Shown here: positions 1 through 10,904 of the stretch, one piece after another | Layout: each line of letters begins with the position of its first letter | Position numbering within the stretch: the first letter of the stretch is position 1 | Source: Ascidiella aspersa | Lineage: Eukaryota | DNA: 64,000 nt | Reading direction: 5' to 3' | Assembly (NCBI GenBank): GCA_963924565.1 | Contig: OZ004607.1 | Span: 29,140,001-29,204,000 of the forward strand | Position numbers and translations under genes: made by a program | Notes under the pieces: generated by a model | What the model saw: only the letters and a program-made list of their open reading frames with translations | Databases searched by the model: none | What the model was told of the DNA's origin: nothing

Positions 1-378
1 AAAAATTGTTTCTCATGTGTTTTAAATTTAATGGATGGCTTTGATTCTCTTGCTCAGATGTCGACGGCCAAGTCAAGTAAAAAAGGTCTACAGATAAAAG
101 CGTAGGTCATCAACGCTACAACACATCTTCAATGGTAAAAGTATGCGGTATTACATTAATACAGCTGGTTGTAAACTTTCGATATCCAACCGATTGGGTA
201 AAAAGGGGGATAAAAGTCGGCTATACTCTACAAAAAACTGCTTAGGTTACAGATCAGTAAAATAACCGATTATATCCATAGCACACCTACTACCAATTTA
301 GTCTAAAGTTATTACAAGGCAAGGCACAAAAACAAAAAATGGAACGAAACTGTGAAGTCAAACGCCCAATACGGTTAC

Positions 379-537
379 CTTTACGGTTTCGAGCGACGCG
401 TTGGCAAGAATGACGATGAGGCGTTTCTCATCGCTCTTTTTGGTCAAACTCCGCAGCAGTTTAAGGCCTCTTTCTTCTTCCTCGCCGTCCTCCGCGTTAT
501 TGTCGTTGCCGTCGGCGGCATACTTTCGCTTGCTCAT
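379..537 (-). CDS. EMG1: 18S rRNA pseudouridine N1-methyltransferase NEP1/EMG1, first coding exon (gene continues off the left edge)
   Basis: The minus strand reads MSKRKYAADGNDNNAEDGEEEERGLKLLRSLTKKSDEKRLIVILANASLETVK, then a GTAACC donor. RLIVIL..ASLETVK is the conserved N-terminal motif of NEP1/EMG1. Not in the supplied ORF track. Confidence 0.9.
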
Positions 538-1084
538 TACAATTTATATAATATCCTACTGCTAAAAACGTAAATAGATTTTCGTTAGGTACATACGTAA
601 ATAAAAATACTTTCTTGAAGAAGTAACGCAAACACTTGACAAAATTGTAAATGATTCTGAAACCAATATATAAGAAGAGGATAAAAGTCACAGCACCTGT
701 ATATATGAAACAAAATCACAATCTTTGGAAATATTCAAAAAATAATTTTGAAGTGAAAATGTTACATAGACATAAGAAATAGGGGAGTGGCAAATAAATG
801 TATATATAAAATATAAAAAGTAGAAACAAGTTTAAATAAATTTTCTCAAGATAAAATTAAATTGTGAATCGGCAATAATATGTAATTTGATGTAGACAAT
901 TTTGTAAAAACATACTTTTTAACACAGTAATGAAAATTTATATCACAGCATCTGAATGAATTACTGCAAAAACATTATGGGACAACTGTGGTGCCTATCT
1001 GATTGTAAAAAATATAAAGCAGCTCTTCAGGCGCAGTAAATTTATCCACTGACAAAACTATGTTGCCTATTTTTGTTAAAGTCA

Positions 1085-4000
1085 CTAGGACTTGTGAAAT
1101 GGTCTCGCGCCAGGAATTCTAACCAGAGAGTCAGAACTAAACCTCCGTATGACACGTTTTGCGGCGTCTGAGGTGGAAGCTTGTGGGACATTAGCACGCC
1201 TTGTGGCAACGTGGTTGCCCTGCTTCGTTGGGCGCTTTGAAGAGTTAAGCCTCGCAGAAGTTGTAGTTCCAGTGGTAACCATCTTTGAGGGGGGGTTTGG
1301 TTTTTTAAAATCAGTGCTGGGTATTGGGGGTTTAATTTTGGCCGATAAGACAGTTTTGGGGGTTGAAGTTGCTTGGGGTGAAGGGCTGGTTTCCTTTGTC
1401 CTGTCCGGTGAAGTCCGAGCAGACGATGTAATGTTGAACAGGTCAAACTTATCCATGACGTCATGCTCTGCCTGCAAAATGTACAATTACAGCGATTATT
1501 TTGCTTTGTATTTTTTTAAGTACCACCAAAGGCGGATCACAAGTATTTGCATGTTGTGGTTTATTGCAGGCTTGTCGTAATATAGTCTCAAAAAACTAAC
1601 ACATTTCGGTCAAATAGTTTTACAAATAAAATTCTTATTTTTTTTTTTTTTTGAACGCTTCACGATTTTGCGTGTCATCCTACAAATAAAATACTTGCAG
1701 TTTTAACTTGTAAAGGTTCTATCAAGTAATATTGTTTATTGAAGCAATACTTTTTTGAACACCAATGCAAAACCCAGTATGAAATCACTATATGGGTAGC
1801 AGATTCATAATTATAGGTCAGCAAATCTATGCATGCTTTCTACAAACATAAAGGTACATAATACAGTTCAAGATTGTTCAAATGAAATGAAATATATCCA
1901 CAAACATTCTATAGACATAAAAAAAAATTTAACATGTTTAAGATGAACAACGATTATTGTCAATTTATCCAACATCCAAAAGACATAGGGGGAAGATTTT
2001 TCTATTTTAAACTACTAAAACACTTGGGTACTCCATATCAAATCCTCACAAAAATTTAAATTTTGTAACCACCTGTCTCAGACTTTCATGATATTTACGT
2101 TGTGCATAATATGGAACAAAAAAATAAATCCGTAAAAAAAAAAAAATTGTAAAAATTCCAAAACCTTTTTTACGATGCATGTAAAGTATGTTTCTCACTA
2201 TTTTGGGGGTCAAAAGTGCACTTTAGCAGCAATTAGAAAGAAAAAAATGTATGCATTTCGAGCTAAATTGCTAAAGCAAATATTTAAAAACCCATTTATT
2301 TCATATAGCAAGAATTTTCAAATAAGCTTAACATGTAAAATTAGACTTGTTGAAAAACAGTTTTACAGGTAGAATTGGACAATTTGGCTATAAATGAAAC
2401 AATCATGCTGTATACCTTAGCACTTAGTCTTATGATAAGAAAAGTAAGACAACCTCAAAACAATTTCTCAGCAAAGTATGAACAAAATTTGCCACTATGA
2501 TACACTACACCAGGGGTCCGCAAATACTTATTGGCGCAATCCAAAATTACCAGTACCATGGTCACATCTTAGCACAAGAACGTTAAATAACCCTGCTTTG
2601 TCCAGCCTAACTCAATGCGTCAAGCGCAACCGGATTGTTTGCATCTGGTTTTATTAGCAAAACTTTTCATCTAAAAGAATCGTCGACGCGCTTGACCACA
2701 CAAAAATATATTTCCGCATCACATTAGTATCCCACAGCTGTATAGAAAACGCATTAACCACATAAAGATTCGCGTAAAGCGTCTTATAATATCTTGTTTA
2801 TATCGTTTAAATTTGTGAAAAACTACATAACCTGGTTAAGCAGTTTATGTTTGCCAAAAAGATAATATTATCAGACAAAATAATTAAACAGTGCAACGTG
2901 CTCACAACGCTTTGGTTAAAGAAAACGGGCTGAAAAGTAGAATAATGTTTTTTGGAAAAACATACTAGGAAGTCAACCCAGATTCCGGCTAAGCAGATCA
3001 GTTTGGTGTTTCGGTAATGGCCAAAAAAAATAATAGTGTTAGATTGCCAGTGCTCTTTTCCCTCAACTGGATCAAACAAAAGTCTCACAACATTTTACGG
3101 GTCTTAGTGTGAAAATATTGCGTGGCAACGTTAGTCGCGCTCAAATAAGACAGCTCTCTTGTGTATAATTTAGTGTACTAATGAAAACAATTAAAAACTT
3201 ACCAAAGATAGGCTGCGATTAAAACACATTAAGGGATTCGCGACCCAAACTGGATGGTCCCGCCACCCAAATTTGGGTCCCGACCCCGTATTTGCGGACC
3301 CCTGCACTACACTACTACATTTAATGTTGGTTTTGTGGGAGACTCAATTGTTATATTTCACCTCTTGAAAATAAAGGCATGATACCGCCTGGGTATTCTG
3401 TAGTAGGCATTTGTAAAGAAATCAATAATTAAATTTGATGAATGCAATATTACAATAGTCAAGAGATTAGTTATCTGCTTTGGCAGTAACGTCATTGTAC
3501 TCTATCCTTTCATTAATGGTAGATGGGGTTGCAACCGTTTGTATAATGTTTTGGTATGGGACCCAACAAACATCAGTCTTCTCTGCCCACTTGATGTTTT
3601 TTGTTCCACTTGGATGCATAAAAGAAACAAATGCTTCTTTGTCATTGTCATCTTTGTCCTTAACAACTCCAATCCACCAAACATTGTCATATTTACATGC
3701 TATGTAAGACATGATCTTCAGTTTCATAGTTTCTGGCTGCCTAAAATGCTTAAAAATGACGAGTTCTTTTTGTCTATTTGTATCTAATTGACCAACTAGA
3801 TACAGGTTGAAAGTGGTGATAAGAGTGCGTTCCTTTGATAGTTGTTCCAATCAAATATACTAGCTTCAGAAAATGACTTGTTGTTTTTAACTCTTCTGTT
3901 CGAAGTATGAAAAAGTGTACACCACGAATGTAGTTTTTACAAAATCTAAATAAAGTTTCATTAGTCAAAATTTGATCTTCATATTTAAATTGTCATCCAA

Positions 4001-6636
4001 TTTGCGCTTTACTGGCTTAACTGTGACACCCGAAAATGATCAAGACGAAAACCTAAACTTTCTCAACTGGATCTACATGTGTCACTTAAAAGCTGCTCGT
4101 AGCATGTAACACATAATTTCCATCCAGGTTTCTTAATTAAATTTTTCTCTTCCATATTTTTAGCAAGAATCAAATTAATCTTAACAGTGCCCTTGGCCTT
4201 TTTTTCCTGTTATGTAAAAAATGTGGGTTGCAGCACTTTGCTGTTTTTCTTTCAAAATACTTGTAAAACATTGCATGATGATGCTCACATACAGTCTTAG
4301 CAGAGTGCTTATTTCCTCTTAACCCAGCTCTCCACAAAATAACTTCCTTTTCTTCTTCATCAATATCCAACATGTTCAACAGTCCCTTAGTCTTAGTGTA
4401 TGTCAACTTGTGACAGTCATCCCTGGTAGCTTTTCCAATACAGCAAATCACCAAAGCGTGTTTCATCTTTGATTGCCCACAAATCAGTATATAGGCTGCA
4501 GCAGGTAACCAAGTAACAAATTAAGGTCTTTAAAAGATTAAAGCAACAGACAGATAGTATCAATGATGTAAATAATATCTAGAACAAAAAGGGTGGTTAG
4601 TTTAAGGATTGAACAGCTATAACAATTCGGGCCAAAATAATAGTTTTAGAAGAAATATTTTGTCCAGCTGAATCATGTTGCTTAAACAAATTTCCTGGAA
4701 GTCATCTTAATGTCTCTTGGAGAGCCATATTCTGTTAATCCTTTGTAAAAATCATATAAAATATACAAAATGGGTAAAAGTTTTCATACGAATTTAAAAT
4801 AAAAACGAAAGTTATTAAATATTTAAGTGCATTTGTGAGAGAATTATACAACTAAACACGAAAAACAAAAAATGTCAAAAAACTAAAGAGACATTGTATT
4901 CCCAAAATTTACATCGTGTGTTGCTTTGAGAAATTTTCTAAAACAACCAACACTTCATTTAATGTCTCCTAGGAAACATACGTTTACTTCTATTTTTACT
5001 TAAATTGTAGCATTTAAATGTACATTTAAATTTTTGGGTGTCCAAAATTCCCCTCTAGTGGTCAATTTTTAGAATGCCGGAACTTCTTAACGAATTGGAA
5101 TTTTTTTGAAATTTTTTTTGTAAACTTGTTTTTGGGCCATATTTTGCACAACATAAATATCATGAAAATCTGACACGGCTGGCTGCAAGGGCTTGATGAT
5201 TTGACATGGAATACCCCCACTTGAAAAATATACAATTGCAAATGTACATGGCCTACCTCGAGCATGGTCTGCATTACAGCCATGATTTTCTCCCCCACAT
5301 TAGAAAGATCTGATTTCTCCAACAAGGCGTCTTGCTCTTTTTCAAGTTCCACTGTGGCGCTTTGTCGATTCTCTACCTCATCTAATCTCTCTCTATGTTC
5401 GGTGGCAACCTCGTCCATGCGTGACACAGATTTCAGGAGCAAGTCATTTGTGGTCGAAGCTATGCCTTCGTTGCCACCATCTTCATCACTGGAGTCACTT
5501 TCAGAACCAGAGTCATCGCTACTTATAGGTTCATCATCAATAGATTTGAGATTTGGCAGGTGGTTTATAAGGGATTGCCTAGAAAGACAGAGGTATTGAG
5601 TAGCTGAAAGGGAAAATTTAGGATTGAAACCAGGTGTTTCTCAACCTATGGGTTGCGACGCAATATTGGGTGGTTACTGGTTACACTAATGTTTAGTATT
5701 TGGATGTGAAAAAAGGTTCCGAAAACTGGTTAAAACTATGTACACAACATATATATATATATATAAAGGATATGAAATTTATTTTAGAACATTTTTTGTA
5801 ATAAATGGACTTAACAATGTTGTTAAAAATAAAGTGATTAGGAGGTGTTCCTAAGAGAAACTCTTTAGGTTACAGTTAAGAAACTTAAAAATGCAGCTTG
5901 ACCTAAATACTACATGAAACAAGCTGTAGCGCTTAAAATTTTCACAATAAAATATTAATATTTAAAAAAATAAATATATACCTATAGTTTGATTCCAAAC
6001 AGCAAGGATTGTTTTTAAATGATGCAAAAACCAAAGATACTGGCAACTCTGACAAAGTTAATTTTTTGATATGGTTTTCACTCAAGTCAAGAAACCTTAG
6101 TTGCTTTAACACAGCCAATCCTTCCAATCGTGTTATCTGATTTCCAGATAAAGTTAGGAATCGAAGAGTTGATGCCAGACATTCAAGGTTTTGTATTCTT
6201 GAAAGGTTGTTCTATAAAAATTTAGCGTTAAACTTTTAACAAATAAAATTAAAACAGGAGTTAGTTGATAAAGCATTTAACAGTTAAGATACTTTAATAA
6301 GAAGAAAAAGTTAGATTTGATTAAACAATTGTTATTGGACATCACCGTGTAAAAAAGGGACATTTTGCAATATAAATTCAGTACAAAGATGTATTAAATT
6401 GCCAAATCTTGTCTTTAAAACATTTGGTTGTATTAGCACACCTGTTGCAAATAGAGGTTCGTCACAGACCCAAGACAATCTAAATTGTCAATTTTGCTCA
6501 AGTTTTCGCGATCCAACCTTATATGAGTAAGCTGCATTACTCCCTTTGCCACATCTTCGCCATCGGTGTTTTCGGATTGATGTTTTTGCTTTAAATTCCT
6601 CCGAATGATTAGATCAAGTGTTAAATATCCTGACAT
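1085..6636 (-). CDS. LRRC46: Leucine-rich repeat-containing protein 46-like, 4 exons: 6636-6442, 6211-5982, 5578-5257, 1471-1085
   Basis: The spliced frame is continuous: LTLDLIIRRNL...IRLDRENLSKIDNLDCLGSVTNLYLQQ|NNLSRIQNLECLASTLRFLTLSGNQITRLEGL...FLDLSENHI...NNPCCLESNYR|QSLINHLPNLKSIDDEP. SDS22-type LRRs, an LRRcap, an acidic linker, a coiled segment and an S/T/P/K-rich tail follow the LRRC46 layout. All introns are GT-AG. Confidence 0.85.
1638..1680 (-). pseudogene. 5'-truncated U6 snRNA retrocopy with poly(A) tail and target-site duplication
   Basis: Minus strand GGATGACACGCAAAATCGTGAAGCGTTC matches the U6 3' region and is followed by A15. Flanked by the direct repeat TACAAATAAAAT (1621-1632, 1681-1692). 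Confidence 0.85.
2026..5218 (-). mobile_element. Internally deleted DNA transposon, Sola2-like, in LRRC46 intron 3
   Basis: Imperfect ~140-bp TIRs: GGGTACTCCATATCAAATC...CAGACTTTCATGATATTTACGTTGTGCA at 2026, and its inverse ending GATTTGACATGGAATACCCCC at 5218. 4-bp TSD ACTT (2022-2025, 5219-5222). Transposase remnants: N-terminal Cys/His region (4170-4466) and C-terminal QILT..LFRFC...IKGTHSYHHFQP / YIACKYDNVWWIG...FMHPSG...DVCWVP (3467-3968). Superfamily inferred from GRG ends, 4-bp TSD and recalled motifs. Confidence 0.75.
2511..3304. mobile_element. Non-autonomous hAT-type element nested inside the Sola2-like transposon
   Basis: Perfect 17-bp TIR CAGGGGTCCGCAAATAC / GTATTTGCGGACCCCTG and perfect 8-bp TSD CACTACAC (2503-2510, 3305-3312). 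Confidence 0.9.
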
Positions 6637-6774
6637 CTAAACGTATTAAAATACGTTAAAATGTCTAATAAACACGCCTTACGGTATTAGGCAAGCATTC
6701 TTTCGTGACCTATAAATTAACACTACACCCAACACGATATTCATGCAAACCTATTGCAACGCACACAGCAACTC

Positions 6775-6787
6775 GTTGCCGTTTAAC
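6775..6787. promoter_or_regulatory. Possible degenerate RFX X-box upstream of LRRC46
   Basis: GTTGCCGTTTAAC, 140 bp upstream of the ATG. One half-site is perfect, the other degenerate. LRRC46 is a cilia-associated gene. Confidence 0.3.
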
Positions 6788-7052
6788 ATTAAAAACAGCC
6801 TGTTAAACACTTTAACACCTACGTCAAGACGATGTTTAACATACATCCATTTTTGGTCTTTATTATAACTTATAAATATAACCCTTAATCATTTTAAAAG
6901 AGAATGTAAAAGCAATTAGAAAATTTATAATAAAGTTTATTCACGTAATGGGAACGTTTGGATTTGCTTTTCAGCAAATACTGGTTTAATTTGCTGGAAA
7001 CGGCCAAAAAACAGTTAAAATAAACCGCATCTTCACAAAGACAATTTTCGAC

Positions 7053-7213
7053 CGAATTTAAAATAAAACTTAAAGTTATTAAATATTTAAGTGCATTTGC
7101 ATGTGAGTCAGATTAGAAAACAAGAAAAACAAATTTCTTTACTCTAGAGTGAAATTTTATTCCCTGAAACTTATCGCGTGTTGCTTTGAGAGAATTCCTA
7201 AAACAACCAACAC
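7053..7213. repeat. Fragment related to the subterminal region of the Sola2-like element
   Basis: Colinear with 4789-4953 (CGAATTTAAAATAAAA..AAAGTTATTAAATATTTAAGTGCATTTG ... GTGTTGCTTTGAGA.A.TT.CTAAAACAACCAACAC). Confidence 0.75.
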
Positions 7214-10200
7214 CAAATTTGGGAAAGCCTATTTTTAGATAAGAACTTGTGAAATTACAAGTAGGCTACTTAGGTCGATATACATTGAAGAAAATAGTCA
7301 ATTTGGGCAAAAAATGTTGTTTAGGATTTGTTTCTAAAATTAGCACTTGTGTTTCGACGTCAAATCGTCAAAGGTTACCGGTATAGTAACAAATGATGAA
7401 TACAAATTAAGCGTCGATATAGGGCCTAAAGCCGGGAGTAACGTTAAACACCTATGGTGTGATAACGGTTATGCGTTAGTGAAATGACTAAAGGTGGCGC
7501 CGTATCGAATATCTAAATAAAGTAAATTACCTATATCAACTTAACTCGAGGAACAAGAATTTAGGACTTTAAAAGCGGTTAAAGAATGTGCGATGATTTC
7601 ACTAGACTTTTATTTTATTTTTAAGTATCCCCTTTAACTATTTATTTTGTTATGACTTTCACTTTGTCGAATAGAATCGTTACAAAATTTATCCGCGACG
7701 CAGGGACTACCAAGTGTATGTAAACTTTGCGCCACCCGAAACCGTAAACAAAATTCTTGCCAAGCGAGATCCTGAATGAAACCGCCCCCAGATTGGCAAA
7801 GAGCACCGCGTTTAGATTCACATGACGTCTGAAGGCGGTCGTGGTAAAAGGAGATCCACCTGGCTCGCGTTATTTTGTCTTCTCCCTGCAATTTGCACGA
7901 AAGTAAGAAAACATATTTTCCCAACCTTTCCAACGAAAGGAGCGGCCGTGTATATTTATCTAGGTCTACTTTTGGAGTCGAGGCGGGTGAAATAAATGAA
8001 AACGGCGGCGTATATGGCGAAAATACGGTCTACAAGTCCGCCGACGAACTTTCCAACCGAGGCATAATTGCCGCGAGTGATCGCATTGCGCCCAAGGGCA
8101 TCTGAAGGTCGGTTGACGGGAGCGGCCGCCGCCTCGATTTCGACCAGCACCGGGCTTCCAGCAAATGGGAAACAAGTTCACGTTCAGCAGCTAGCTCTAC
8201 ACCTGTCCTGTTACTGTTTGATAAAGGAAAGGAAATAAGCTATTCTCTGGTTTTGTGTTTGTCTCGAGTCAGGCGCAGTAAGTTATTGCTTCTTGTTATT
8301 TTTCTGTTCGAGAAACAGGCCAGCTTTAAAGAATCAACTTCGCCTAAGTCGCCGTTAGAACGATCGACCACGTTTGAAAGAATAGTAACAACAGCGGCTA
8401 TGTTATGTAACCAGACAAACATAGATGATTGAAATATTCAACAGTCCAGTAAATCACTAGTCACAATTTTTTTTAATGTTTTTTATACCGTAGATAAATT
8501 GTTTCACTTAACGCAGGAATTTGTTTTTGTTTTTAATTGTTCGTCGTTATCTCTTGACATCTCATTCGTTATCATAGCCCAATATCAGTGTGTGCATACA
8601 GGTTCCGTTTAAAATTATATTGCGGTTTCTTTCTAGTTTACTTTTATTGCTTTATTGCACGCGTCCTAGCGAAATCACTTACATCAGCACGTGTTTTTGA
8701 ATTTACTGCATTTTCCCAAGGAAGCTGCTGTAACCGCCGGGCCACGAATATGACTGCCTGGATTTTTAAAACGTCGTAAAACATTCAGATTTCTCGCCAA
8801 TTCAAAACTGAGTAACTTTTTTTTCGGTAAACATTTACCATCAAACAGTGTTTTTATTTAACTATAGTAAAGATTCTGATACTGTATATTATATTTTAAT
8901 TTTGCGTTCACAGCGGGCCCAATAATAAAATCCATGGTAATATCGTAATATAATTATTGTGGATAATAAGGCAGAGTGCGCAAAAATAGTTAACGTAATT
9001 TTAGTTTTTTTTAATTTCGAAAAAAATGTTTTTATGTAATGAGATTTTTAATCTATATTTTTTTTTCTTAATTTTTATGTGACACCACATATATTAATTC
9101 TCCCAAGGATTACCATATGCTTCAGTAGTTACCTAGGGGATGTAAATTAAAAAAAAATAAGTTTCTGCATTTTGTACATAAATGTAGTTCCACTGACCTG
9201 ATGCTCAAATGTGTTTAGATTACTTAACAAACAGCAACAGTACGTGATATAGTTTGGCGACGATATGAACGTTGCCTGTTGACTAAATTTTGGATAGAAG
9301 TTTGCCTCCTAGGAAACGATCACAGAAGGAACGTAAGACGGTCGTCAGGCTCTTTAAGAGGATTAACCGCAGCGTTTAGCCGTCTGTGGACTTGACCAAG
9401 GTAAGAGCATGCACCAGTCCGCCTATTGTTTGCATTCACGCGCTACGGAATGCTGGAAGATTATACAGAGTTCGATTTGCCGGGGAAAATGTCAAAGCCA
9501 ATAAGCTGTGCTTATAGTGTGTGTTTTACGGACGACATATCAGCGGCTCTGCGCGCGGCCACTCTGGTGACCTAACACTCTTCGAGAAGTTTATATACGC
9601 CCCCTCTTTAGACGTGGGAGCGTGAGTTTTAATGCCACTATTTGGTGATTCATGCCATGCAATTCTGAGCCTGGGCTTTTGATAACCTTTTCCGACGTCC
9701 GATAAACCACGGGATAAATCAATTTTAGTTTTTATTTGTGATGTAATTAAAAAACATCCATCATATTTGTTACCACAATTTGTTAAAAAAAAGACTATCA
9801 TAATTGTGAAGAAGAAAACAAGTTTATTGACGCTAATTTTTTTAAGCTGATATTTTTGGTCTGTATCTCTACAAATATTTAAAAATGAAATAAAAGCTGA
9901 AGTTAACTGGGCTGTATGGAAACAAAATATTTTAATGGGACCGTTTTATGATAAAAACTATTGTCATCTATCTTGGCAAGAATTTGCGTCATCTTTATGA
10001 ATATATACCAAAATTGTCAGAACCCTGAACACATGAGTGATGTCACTGCGTATTGACCGGGTTACGCCAGGGCTTATATAAGCAGGAAACCCAGTAGTAT
10101 CGAGCTTTATAACGCATAGATGTGTAGTTATCACAGTGCTGACACAGAGTCTTCAGCAAGGGATATTACAAGGACAAATTGTTACGTCACGACCACCCTT

Positions 10201-10798
10201 TCAAATCTCTCCGGCGCTCATAGTTTTGATGAAGCGGTTTAATGGTTCCCTCGGCCCAAGCTGCTATTGCTGGACACACCCGATCGGGCGCACAAGCGGC
10301 GCAACGGCGACGTGTCTGGCCGGTTTAATGTTGTGAAGGTTGCGGAACTTTAGCGTGGCCCGGGGCGGTCGGCCTCGCGTCGCCTCACGTCATATCGCGC
10401 CTCGTCGATTTGCCGGAATCACGGCGGCAATTTGGGAACACAGGCTACTGCTGGCGACCTACCGCACAATTAAGTCCACCGTCCGAGGGAAAAAAGAGCC
10501 TTGAACCGGTCGAAAGACTCCGGATTTACAACTTAGGCTCCAAACGAGGGAAAACGCGCCACGATCTCGGCTCTTTTGTGCACTGGAACACCCGTCCATC
10601 TAAATTCTCTCTAATTTGTCGGGCCCGAGGATGTGGCAAGCGTTTCATTAGCGCTGGCGAGTGGCGAGTGAAAGGCGCGGCACCGTTGCCCTCCATTAGC
10701 AAATACTATAATTGCCTCATCAGCGTTTTCTTTGTGGAGACCGGTTTGTTCAATTTCAATCTAAACCTTATCACCGTTTGTTTTTAGATCGGTCTGGC

Positions 10799-10904
10799 AT
10801 GGCTTCGACCAATCGCGATCTGTTTCTGCTAGCTGTTGCTTCACTTTGTATATTCTCTGCTGTCGCGCAGGATGCTGCAAGCAGTGCGAGCGCCACAGAA
10901 AAAC
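10799..10904 (+). CDS. Exon 1 of the mosaic mucin gene: signal peptide
   Basis: [23 protein letters not shown]|QD has a hydrophobic core and an A-x-A cleavage motif. Acceptor TTTTTAG ends at 10787; donor GTAAGT at 10905. Confidence 0.85.

Noticed and set aside
5579-5605. Alternative upstream acceptor (CTTTCAG) for LRRC46 exon 3
   Set aside because: It introduces an in-frame TAG. The downstream TTCTAG acceptor restores the LRRcap (YRQSLINHLPNL).
7634-8181. Overlapping short ORFs in the GC-rich intergenic block
   Set aside because: No recognisable motifs and no consistent splice partners; more likely regulatory or non-coding.
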